Assembly: GCA_964016885.1 (NCBI GenBank)
Contig: OZ024760.1
Span: 29,574,001-29,638,000, forward strand
Direction: 5' to 3'
DNA from: Eledone cirrhosa
Lineage: Eukaryota
Length of the DNA stretch: 64,000 nucleotides
Part shown: positions 52,137 to 64,000 of the stretch, piece after piece
How the letters are laid out: the number at the start of each line of letters is the position of its first letter
Numbering within the stretch: the first letter of the stretch is position 1
Notes under the pieces: generated by a model
Told to the model about the DNA's origin: nothing
The model's database searches: none
What the model saw: only the letters and a program-made list of their open reading frames with translations
Program-made: the position numbers and the translations under genes

Positions 52137-55100
52137 GGTGACACAACAAAAAGAACACCCAGTCCACTCTGTAAAGTGATAGAGTTGGTGTCATGAAAAA
52201 GAGCACCCAGTACACTCTGTAAAGTGGTAGTGTTGGTGACATGACAGAGCACCCAATACACTCTGTAAAGTGGTAGTGTTGGTGACATGACAGAGCACCC
52301 AATACACTCTGTAAAGTGGTAGTGTTGGTGACATGACAGAGCACCCAGTCCACTCTGTAAAGTGGTAGTGTTGGTGACATGACAGAGCACCCAATACACT
52401 CTGTAAAGTGGTAGTGTTGGTGACATGACAGAGCACCCAATACACTCTGTAAAGTGGTAGTGTTGGTGACATGACAGAGCACCCAGTCCACTCTGTAAAG
52501 TGGTAGTGTTGGTGACATGACAGAGCACCCAGTCCACTCTGTAAAGTGGTAGTGTTGGTGACATGACAGAGCACCCAATACACTCTGTAAAGTGGTAGTG
52601 TTGGTGACATGACAGAGCACCCAATACACTCTGTAAAGTGGTAGTGCTGGTGACATGACAGAGCACCCAATACACTCTGTAAAGTGGTAGTGTTGGTGAC
52701 ATGACAGAGCACCCAATACACTCTGTAAAGTGGTAGTGCTGGTGACATGACAGAGCACCCAATACACTCTGTAAAGTGGTAGTGTTGGTGACATGACACA
52801 GCACCCAGTCCACTCTGTAAAGTGGTAGTGTTGGTGACATGACAGAGCACCCAATACACTCTGTAAAGTGGTAGTGTTGGTGACATGACACAGCACCCAG
52901 TCCACTCTGTAAAGTGGTAGTGTTGGTGACATGACAGAGCACCCAATACACTCTGCAAAGTGGTAGTGCTGGTGACATGACAGAGCACCCAGTCCACTCT
53001 GTAAAGTGGTAGTGCTGGTGACATGACAGAGCACCCAGTCCACTCTGTAAAGTGGTAGTGTTGGTGACATGACAGAGCACCCAGTCCACTCTGTAAAGTG
53101 GTAGTGTTGGTGACATGACAGCACCCAGTCCACTCTGTAAAGTGGTAGTGTTGGTGACATGACACAGCACCCAATACACTCTGTAAAGTGGTAGTGTTGG
53201 TGACATGACACAGCACCCAGTCCACTCTGTAAAGTGGTAGTGTTGGTGACATGACAGAGCACCCAATACACTCTGCAAAGTGGTAGTGCTGGTGACATGA
53301 CAGAGCACCCAGTCCACTCTGTAAAGTGGTAGTGCTGGTGACATGACAGAGCACCCAGTCCACTCTGTAAAGTGGTAGTGTTGGTGACATGACAGAGCAC
53401 CCAATACACTCTGTAAAGTGGTAGTGTTGGTGACATGACAGAGCACCCAGTCCACTCTGTAAAGTGGTAGTGTTGGTGACATGACAGAGCACCCAGTCCA
53501 CTCTGTAAAGTGGTAGTGTTGGTGACATGACAGAGCACCCAGTCCACTCTGTAAAGTGGTAGTGTTGGTGACATGACAGAGCACCCAATACACTCTGTAA
53601 AGTGATAGTGTTGGTGACATGACAGAGCACCCAATACACTCTGTAAAGTGGTAGTGTTGGTGACATGACAGAGCACCCAGTCCACTCTGTAAAGTGGTAG
53701 TGTTGGTGACATGACAGAGCACCCAATACACTCTGTAAAGTGATAGTGTTGGTGACATGACAGAGCACCCAATACACTCTGTAAAGTGGTAGTGTTGGTG
53801 ACATGACAGAGCACCCAGTCCACTCTGTAAAGTGGTAGTGTTGGTGACATGACTGAGCACCCAATACACTCTGTAAAGTGGTAGTGTTCGTGACATGACA
53901 GAGCACCCAGTCCACTCTGTAAAGTGGTAGTGTTGGTGACATGACAGAGCACCCAGTCCACTCTGTAAAGTGGTAGTGTTGGTGACATGACAGAGCACCC
54001 AATACACTCTGTAAAGTGGTAGTGTTGGTGACATGACAGAGCACCCAGTCCACTCTGTAAACTGGTAGTGTTGGTGACATGACAGAGCACCCAATACACT
54101 CTGTAAAGTGGTAGTGTTGGTGACATGACAGAGCACCCAGTCCACTCTGTAAAGTGGTAGTGTTGGTGACATGACAGAGCACCCAATACACTCTGTAAAG
54201 TGGTAGTGTTGGTGACATGACAGAGCACCCAGTCCACTCTGTAAAGTGGTAGTGTTGGTGACATGACAGAGCACCCAATACACTCTGCAAAGTGGTAGTG
54301 CTGGTGACATGACAGAGCACCCAGTCCACTCTGTAAAGTGGTAGTGCTGGTGACATGACAGAGCACCCAGTCCACTCTGTAAAGTGGTAGTGTTGGTGAC
54401 ATGACAGAGCACCCAGTCCACTCTGTAAAGTGGTAGTGTTGGTGACATGACACAGCACCCAGTCCACTCTGTAAAGTGGTAGTGTTGGTGACATGACACA
54501 GCACCCAATACACTCTGTAAAGTGGTAGTGTTGGTGACATGACACAGCACCCAGTCCACTCTGTAAAGTGGTAGTGTTGGTGACATGACAGAGCACCCAA
54601 TACACTCTGCAAAGTGGTAGTGCTGGTGACATGACAGAGCACCCAGTCCACTCTGTAAAGTGGTAGTGCTGGTGACATGACAGAGCACCCAGTCCACTCT
54701 GTAAAGTGGTAGTGTTGGTGACATGACAGAGCACCCAATACACTCTGTAAAGTGGTAGTGTTGGTGACATGACAGAGCACCCAGTCCACTCTGTAAAGTG
54801 GTAGTGTTGGTGACATGACAGAGCACCCAGTCCACTCTGTAAAGTGGTAGTGTTGGTGACATGACAGAGCACCCAGTCCACTCTGTAAAGTGGTAGTGTT
54901 GGTGACATGACAGAGCACCCAATACACTCTGTAAAGTGGTAGTGTTGGTGACATGACAGAGCACCCAGTCCACTCTGTAAAGTGGTAGTGTTGGTGACAT
55001 GACAGAGCACCCAGTCCACTCTGTAAAGTGGTAGTGTTGGTGACATGACAGAGCACCCAGTCCACTCTGTAAAGTGGTAGTGTTGGTGACATGACAGAGC

Positions 55101-58100
55101 ACCCAATACACTCTGTAAAGTGGTAGTGTTGGTGACATGACAGAGCACCCAGTCCACTCTGTAAAGTGGTAGTGTTGGTGACATGACAGAGCACCCAGTC
55201 CACTCTGTAAAGTGGTAGTGTTGGTGACATGACAGAGCACCCAGTCCACTCTGTAAAGTGCTAGTGTTGGTGACATGACAGAGCACCCAGTCCACTCTGT
55301 AAAGTGGTAGTGTTGGTGACATGACAGAGCACCCAATACACTCTGTAAAGTGATAGTGTTGGTGACATGACAGAGCACCCAGTCCACTCTGTAAAGTGGT
55401 AGTGTTGGTGACATGACAGAGCACCCAGTCCACTCTGTAAAGTGGTAGTGTTGGTGACATGACAGAGCACCCAATACACTCTGTAAAGTGGTAGTGTTGG
55501 TGACATGACAGAGCACCCAGTCCACTCTGTAAAGTGGTAGTGTTGGTGACATGACAGAGCACCCAATACACTCTGTAAAGTGGTAGTGTTGGTGACATGA
55601 CAGAGCACCCAATACACTCTGTAAAGTGGTAGTGTTGGTGACATGACAGAGCACCCAATACACTCTGTAAAGTGGTAGTGTTGGTGACATGACAGAGCAC
55701 CCAGTCCACTCTGTAAAGTGGTAGTGTTGGTGACATGACAGAGCACCCAGTCCACTCTGTAAAGTGGTAGTGTTGGTGACATGACAGAGCACCCAATACA
55801 CTCTGTAAAGTGGTAGTGTTGGTGACATGACAGAGCACCCAGTCCACTCTGTAAAGTGGTAGTGTTGGTGACATGACAGAGCACCCAGTCCACTCTGTAA
55901 AGTGGTAGTGTTGGTGACATGACAGAGCACCCAGTCCACTCTGTAAAGTGGTAGTGTTGGTGACATGACAGAGCACCCAGTCCACTCTGTAAAGTGGTAG
56001 TGTTGGTAACATGACAGAGCACCCAGTCCACTCTGTAAAGTGGTAGTGTTGGTGACATAACACAGCACCCAATACACTCTGTAAAGTGGTAGTGTTGGTG
56101 ATATGACAGAGCACCCAGTCCACTCTGTAAAGTGGTAGTGTTGGTAACATGACAGAGCACCCAGTCCACTCTGTAAAGTGGTAGTGTTGGTGACATGACA
56201 GAGCACCCAGTCCACTCTGTAAAGTGGTAGTGTTGGTGACATGACAGAGCACCCAGTCCACTCTGTAAAGTGGTAGTGTTGGTGACATGACAGAGCACCC
56301 AGTCCACTCTGTAAAGTGATAGTGTTGGTGACATGACAGAGCACCCAGTCCACTCTGTAAAGTGGTAGTGTTGGTGACATGACAGAGCACCCAGTCCACT
56401 CTGTAAAGTGGTAGTGTTGGTGACATGACAGAGCAACCACTCCACTCTGTAAAGTGGTAGTGTTGGTGATATGACAGAGCACCCAGTCCACTCTGTCAAG
56501 TGGTAGTGTTGGTGACATGACAGAGCACCCAGTCCACTCTGTAAAGTGGTAGTGTTGGTGACATGAGAGAGCACCCAGTCCACTCTGTAAAGTGGTAGTG
56601 CTGGTGACACGAGAGAGCACCCAGTCCACTCTGTAAAGTGGTAGTGCTGGTGACATGACAGAGCACCCAGTCCACTCTGTAAAGTGGTAGTGTTGGTGAC
56701 ATGACAGGGCAACCAGTCCACTCTGTAAAGTGGTAGTGTTGGTGACATGACAGAGCACCCAGTCCACTCTGTAAAGTGGTAGTGCTGGTGACATGACAGA
56801 GCACCCAGTCCACTCTGTAAAGTGCTAGTGTTGGTGACATGACAGAGCACCCAGTCCACTCTGTAAAGTGGTAGTGTTGGTGACATGACAGAGCACCCAA
56901 TACACTCTGTAAAGTGATAGTGTTGGTGACATGACAGAGCACCCAGTCCACTCTGTAAAGTGGTAGTGTTGGTGACATGACAGAGCACCCAGTCCACTCT
57001 GTAAAGTGGTAGTGTTGGTGACATGACAGAGCACCCAATACACTCTGTAAAGTGGTAGTGTTGGTGACATGACAGAGCACCCAGTCCACTCTGTAAAGTG
57101 GTAGTGTTGGTGACATGACAGAGCACCCAATACACTCTGTAAAGTGGTAGTGTTGGTGACATGACAGAGCACCCAATACACTCTGTAAAGTGGTAGTGTT
57201 GGTGACATGACAGAGCACCCAATACACTCTGTAAAGTGGTAGTGTTGGTGACATGACAGAGCACCCAGTCCACTCTGTAAAGTGGTAGTGTTGGTGACAT
57301 GACAGAGCACCCAGTCCACTCTGTAAAGTGGTAGTGTTGGTGACATGACAGAGCACCCAATACACTCTGTAAAGTGGTAGTGTTGGTGACATGACAGAGC
57401 ACCCAGTCCACTCTGTAAAGTGGTAGTGTTGGTGACATGACAGAGCACCCAGTCCACTCTGTAAAGTGGTAGTGTTGGTGACATGACAGAGCACCCAGTC
57501 CACTCTGTAAAGTGGTAGTGTTGGTGACATGACAGAGCACCCAGTCCACTCTGTAAAGTGGTAGTGTTGGTAACATGACAGAGCACCCAGTCCACTCTGT
57601 AAAGTGGTAGTGTTGGTGACATAACACAGCACCCAATACACTCTGTAAAGTGGTAGTGTTGGTGATATGACAGAGCACCCAGTCCACTCTGTAAAGTGGT
57701 AGTGTTGGTAACATGACAGAGCACCCAGTCCACTCTGTAAAGTGGTAGTGTTGGTGACATGACAGAGCACCCAGTCCACTCTGTAAAGTGGTAGTGTTGG
57801 TGACATGACAGAGCACCCAGTCCACTCTGTAAAGTGGTAGTGTTGGTGACATGACAGAGCACCCAGTCCACTCTGTAAAGTGATAGTGTTGGTGACATGA
57901 CAGAGCACCCAGTCCACTCTGTAAAGTGGTAGTGTTGGTGACATGACAGAGCACCCAGTCCACTCTGTAAAGTGGTAGTGTTGGTGACATGACAGAGCAA
58001 CCACTCCACTCTGTAAAGTGGTAGTGTTGGTGATATGACAGAGCACCCAGTCCACTCTGTCAAGTGGTAGTGTTGGTGACATGACAGAGCACCCAGTCCA

Positions 58101-58428
58101 CTCTGTAAAGTGGTAGTGTTGGTGACATGAGAGAGCACCCAGTCCACTCTGTAAAGTGGTAGTGCTGGTGACACGAGAGAGCACCCAGTCCACTCTGTAA
58201 AGTGGTAGTGCTGGTGACATGACAGAGCACCCAGTCCACTCTGTAAAGTGGTAGTGTTGGTGACATGACAGGGCAACCAGTCCACTCTGTAAAGTGGTAG
58301 TGTTGGTGACATGACAGAGCACCCAGTCCACTCTGTAAAGTGGTAGTGCTGGTGACATGACAGAGCACCCAGTCCACTCTGTAAAGTGGTAGTACTGGTG
58401 ACATGACACAGCAACCAGTCCACTCTGT
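52137..58428. repeat. 46-bp satellite, about 137 units, with a 1564-bp higher-order duplication
   Basis: Unit gtgacatgacagagcacccagtccactctgtaaagtggtagtgttg; rare variants recur 1564 bp apart. Confidence 0.97.
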
Positions 58429-58589
58429 ACTACACAACCAATTATTGTCAATATCACTACACAAGATCAGCTATATATTTAGGCTAACAACGTAGTCAGG
58501 TCAGCTGTGATGTTGAAGATAATGTAGATTGTATAGTGCAGGGTGGACTCGGTGCTCTTCTTGTCTCTCTCTCCCTCCCTCTCTGACAG

Positions 58590-58631
<42 letters not shown>

Positions 58632-58986
58632 CCTCTCCCTCTCTCTCTCTGTAATCCAACCAAGCAACAGCCGAGTGTTTAATTAGTCTCAGAGAATGTT
58701 TCTTAAAAACAAACAAAATTAATAATTAATCTAATGAGGAGATAATTGGTGGGGAGGGGTGTGTAATTACGTAATTGGGGGTAGGAAGATTGGTGGATTA
58801 ATATCCTGCTAGAAATAGTAGCTACATCTTCCTCAAATCACAATCTACTGGAATAAAAACATGGAAGTACATATTACACACAACACATCTCCACACACAT
58901 GTAGCAATAATTACATATACAAACAGTATACACATGTAGTAATAACATAGACATATATATATATATATACACACACAACACAGCAG

Positions 58987-59015
<29 letters not shown>

Positions 59016-59020
<5 letters not shown>

Positions 59021-59144
59021 GGAACAAGTAAGACCCCGACGGCTGAGCTCAAGCCGTTGTGACGGCTAATTCTGGACTCAAAGTCCAGAATCAGCCGTCG
59101 AAATGGCTTGAGCTCAGCCGTCGGGGTCTTACTTGTTCCTATTA
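59016..59144. repeat. Near-perfect 129-nt hairpin
   Basis: taataggaacaagtaagaccccgacggctgagctcaagcc.. is complementary to ..ggcttgagctcagccgtcggggtcttacttgttcctatta. Confidence 0.9.
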
Positions 59145-59218
59145 CCCACTCTACTACCCTAAGTATTGAGTACTTTGGTGCGTTATGGTCCACCTGGTTC
59201 CTTACCACATTTCCTTCG

Positions 59219-59257
<39 letters not shown>

Positions 59258-59699
59258 ACTCAGCAGAGTTATATATATGGAAAAGAATGAAACGAAATTT
59301 CATTTCTCACTCTTAGTACGGCTTATACTTAAATGTAAGTATGTATACGTACATACATATATGTATACAGACGTACAGTAGTATGTATATATATACATAC
59401 ATGCACACCTATATATATGTACATATGGGTTTACCGAACATTTATTATAATGTTCGGTTTGTTTGTTTGTAAACACACATATATATATACACACACAACA
59501 CAGAGTTATATACACAACACAGCACAGAGTTATATACGTACATAACATACATACACAACACATATATAGTTATAAATTCATATACAACACATACAGTTAT
59601 ATATATACACAACACACCACAGAGTTATATACATACACAACACATATGATGGCTGCCAACTCGTTTTCGAGTACGGCCACTACTTTATATCCATGTAGG

Positions 59700-61635
59700 A
59701 GAATCCCTACCGATGCGCTGAACGAGTGTGACTTTTAAGTCCAGCCAGCGACTTGAAAACTCTGGTACAAACACTACACTTGTGACAATTATTGACACCT
59801 AGTGCTGGGCCCATGGTACCATGTGACCAAGGTGTCGTGTGAGATCACTACTCGACCTGCATACCCTTCCACAAACATAGACTCTTGCCACTAACCACTG
59901 CTTTCCTCCAAAGCGATCGGTCGCTAGCGCATGCTTCCCAGTGCTCTCAAGAGATGTTACTTTTCTTGAGCGCCCCCTTGATGCAGTCCTTAAATCGCGT
60001 CTTGGGTTTGCTCACGTTCCTTTTTCCCATTTGGAGCTCGCCATAAAGCAGCTGCTTCGACATTCGCTTGTCATTCATCCTTACAAGATGGCCTGTCCAG
60101 CGCAGCTGATGTTTCAAAATCAAGGACTCGACACTATCACAGCCACTTCTGTCCAGAACCTCGACGTCACTGACAAACATTTGCCAAGTTATGCCGAGAA
60201 TCCGACGTAAGCAGTACTGGTGGAACCTCTCAAGTCGCTTCATCTGTCTACGGTAGACCACCCACGTCTCACAAGCATAAAGAAGTGCCGCGAGCACATA
60301 CGCATGATACACTTTGAGCTTTGTCTTTACCGAAATTCCGTGTTGAGACCAGAGACGCTTGTTCAGTTTTCCAAAAGCATCACTGGCTTTCTGTACCCTG
60401 TTTGATATTTCCCCATCAAGATCGCAGGACATACTCAGTGTGCTTCCAAGATATACAAAACTGCCAACGACCCTTAGCCGTTCACCATAAACCAAGATGT
60501 TGGGCTCACAACATGGCTTCCCAGGGGCTGGTTGGTACATGGCTACTGTCTTTTTCAGGCTTATGGTAAGTCCCAATGCAGTACACGCATTAGAGAATGC
60601 ATCCATGAGATGCTGCATATCAATCTCCGTGTGCGCTACCAGGTCACAGTCATCTGCATAAAGCAAATCCCTGGTTAGTGACAAGTGAACCTTTGACTTA
60701 GCATTGAACCTCCTGATATTAAACAGCTTTCCAGTTGATCGATAGCGAACATATATACCATGATTGCAGTTCCCGAAGACAATGGAGAAGTACAAAGCAA
60801 AGAGCGTTGGAGCTGGAATGTCACCCTGTTTGACTCCATTCTCGACCGTCACCAGCTCAGAGAGCTTTCCACCAACGTTTACCCATGCCTTCATGTCATC
60901 ATGAAACAAACTTCTCAGGGCACCTCAGCTTTCTCAAGATATCCCATAAAGCCTTTCTGTTGACCGTGTCAAACGCCTTTGTCAGATCAACAAACACCTG
61001 GTAGAGATCCACATTCTGCTCAACACACTTTTCCTGCAGTTGTCTAGCTGTAAAGATCATGTCCACAGTGTCACGCCCAGCCTGAAAGCCCGATTGCGAC
61101 TCTGGTAGAGCTTCATCAGCAATGTGGAGCAACAGACGGTCCAACAGAATTCTACAGAGAACTTTGCCGACAACAGACAACAGTGATATCCCACGATAGT
61201 TTCCGCAGTCATCCCTGTCTCCCTTTCCCTTGTACAAAACAACCATCACAGCATCCTTCCAGTCATCGGGAACATGATTGTTGTTCCAGGCATCCAGAAC
61301 CAAAGAATGAAGTCGGTGCAAGAGATTCTCTCCACCGTGCTTCAAGATCTCAGCATACAGCCCATCCAATCCAGGCCACTTCCCACCATTGAGTTTCCAG
61401 ACAGCACTTTTAACCTCCTCGATCGTTGGAGGCTCAGCAAGGATTTCCTTTACTGGCTTATCAGGTATGGACCTGATAAACTATTTGTCAACCTCTGAAT
61501 CCCTATTGTGAAGCTCGTCAAAGTGTTCCCGCCATCTCAACAGGATATCATTGGGATCTCTAAGGAGCTGATTGCCATCCTTTGTCCTAAGAGGCGCAAC
61601 TGGTGATGTAGGTGGTCCATACACTTCACGAAGAA
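59700..61635 (-). mobile_element. 5'-truncated RTE LINE (BovB-like RT), frameshifted
   Basis: GNYRGISLLS, FVDLTKAFDTVNR, GVKQG..APTLF, LLYADD, QLRWTGHLVRM. Confidence 0.92.
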
Positions 61636-61729
61636 GATTATACACAACACATATAGTTATATATCTACATACACATACAGAATTATATATATATATATCA
61701 TACACAAATATGACACACACAAAATATTC

Positions 61730-61767
<38 letters not shown>

Positions 61768-61938
61768 CATTTTTAAAGGGTCCGTCAAGCTGCCGGTTAT
61801 AGAGTTGAGTAAGATTGATACAGATCGAACCTTGAGCTGATCAGTGGCGAAACGTGTGTCACCTACCAATAAATGTAATGGGGGAGTAACTAATCGTCCT
61901 TGTTATCCTTTCAAGGTACTCGGCGTTGCTTGGGTATA

Positions 61939-62014
<76 letters not shown>

Positions 62015-62082
62015 ACACAACACACAGATTGATAAACTTGACACACACATACAGAAATACATATATATATACATATATATAT

Positions 62083-62268
62083 CTAGGGCGGGTAAAATTC
62101 CCGAGATCCATGGACGAGTTCTCTCCAGCGGTCTCTGTCCCTCATTATTGCTGCCATGTCCTACAGACCAGTGTCTGTCCTTAGGACATCAACATACGTT
62201 AACCTTGGTCTTCCTCTTCCAGTGTGTCCATGTAGGGGCTCCCACAGGAGCACTGAGTGCAGTGTCAA
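62083..62268 (-). mobile_element. 3' fragment of an RTE-X-like LINE
   Basis: LLWEPLHG..GRGRPRLTYVD.L..DTG..RDRDRWR. Confidence 0.6.
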
Positions 62269-62379
62269 CATATATTTATATTTATAAGTAGAAGTGGTAT
62301 TTAATTTGTTGGAAGTCCGACAAACATAAATGTTTATAACTGATTTAGAGCACCCAACAGTTTATTGGAGTAAATATTC

Positions 62380-62734
<355 letters not shown>

Positions 62735-62753
62735 ACACACAACATACACATAC

Positions 62754-62802
<49 letters not shown>

Positions 62803-63428
62803 TCAATACATGAAAAATGAAAAATAATCACATTTACTTACAAACGCTGCTTATTACTCATAATTGAGGCCAGAAAATCATGAAAACCTCAAGAACTGTG
62901 TATATATGTATATATATATATATTATATATGCTTATGTGTGTGTATATATATATGTGTTGTTATATGTAAAAATAGGATTAGTAATTTACGGTGGCATTC
63001 GATAGTAAACCGTGTGTCAGGTGTTGTCATAGTGCTCGCTTGGTTGCTATAGAAACAGAGAGAGAAAGAGAGACAGTGTGTGGACGGAGACAGAGTGAGA
63101 GAGAGTGAGAGGGATAAAGAGAAAATGGAGAGAGATAGAGAGAGGAAAAATGGGACAGAGACGGAGAGTGGAGAGAGACGATAGGGAGAGATTTCCTAGA
63201 CAAGGAAGATAAGTCATAAAGCACAATAAACGGGAAGGGGTAAGGCAAGAGTTATCTGCTCTTGCTGATTATACGGAGTGTCCTAAAAAAACAGCTACCC
63301 TCTTTAAATGAAAATAAATGTACTATTGGGTTAGAAACAAGACTAATGGTTAAATATGAGTACATTGGGGGGGGGGGGGCACTGTATTATATAATATACA
63401 CGGAATGATGGAGTGTCACGATAGTTAA

Positions 63429-63494
<66 letters not shown>

Positions 63495-63495
<1 letters not shown>

Positions 63496-64000
63496 GAGGT
63501 TATATTTAATTTGCTGGGATTCAACAAGCTTAAACATTTTTATAACTGATATAAAACACTCAACAGTTTATGGAGTAAATATTCAATATATTAATAAATG
63601 GAAACTATATTTATAAAACCATAATTATTTTATTATATATATTTCAAGGGCAACCAAGACAAATTTTGGTGCGCTTTCATCAGATAAAATACAAATTTGT
63701 TTTATAAATATTGACATACCCGCATAAAGACAACCTTAACGGTTGAGGTTCGCTGGAAAGTGGAAAAAATATTTTATTGAGGGTGATTCAAAGTTATGAG
63801 TAAGTATGCAAATGAGTGTCAGACAAATTGAAAAAACATCGGTTTATTTAAATTAAACTGTTGGAAGAAAATAGTGAAAGGGAGAGAGAAAAGGGAGAGA
63901 GAAAAAATATTGAAAGGGAGAGAGAAAAAATAGTGAAAGGGAGAGAGAAAAAATAGTGAAAGGGAGAGAGAAAAAAAAGAGAAAGAGAGAAATCGGACTC
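63495..64000 (-). mobile_element. Penelope-type 3' end/pLTR relic running out of the window
   Basis: Homologous to the 5655 and 62320 segments; abuts (TA)n; carries a hammerhead. Confidence 0.55.
63626..63691 (-). ncRNA. Minimal type I hammerhead ribozyme
   Basis: Same fold as 62409-62472 with a compensatory change in stem II. Confidence 0.8.

Noticed and set aside
52126-58464. ORFs of 500-1554 aa in all three minus frames
   Set aside because: A 46-bp unit without minus-strand stops gives the same 46-aa periodic text in every frame; this is satellite, not a gene
61795-61875. GCGAAACGTGTGTC followed by AATAAA
   Set aside because: Looks like the 3' half of a hammerhead, but there is no intact core or stem I upstream

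Overview
This is AT-rich, repeat-dense animal genomic DNA; the (TA)n load, tRNA-SINE types and RTE/Penelope content suggest a cephalopod (inference). One host gene is recognisable: an ERICH3/DUF4590-like gene on the minus strand. I traced 11 coding exons by hand (47840 to 23235) with GT-AG sites and consistent phases, but did not place the start-codon exon. Most introns are filled by a private tandem array. Three arrays have a visible seed: an ERICH3 exon/acceptor junction, an RTE RT fragment and an RTE 5' motif. Mobile DNA includes a near-full-length RTE LINE, a stop-free Penelope-like RT+GIY-YIG frame, further PLE and RTE relics, an LTR with a tRNA-Trp-like PBS, SINEs and MITEs. The least expected signal is a set of type I hammerhead ribozyme folds from at least four unrelated sequence families. 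One is a 593-nt partial-tandem unit carrying a U3-A8 core variant, and another is a three-copy family showing compensatory base changes. Most long ORFs in the supplied track are repeat artefacts. All structure and homology calls were made by eye; no searches were run.
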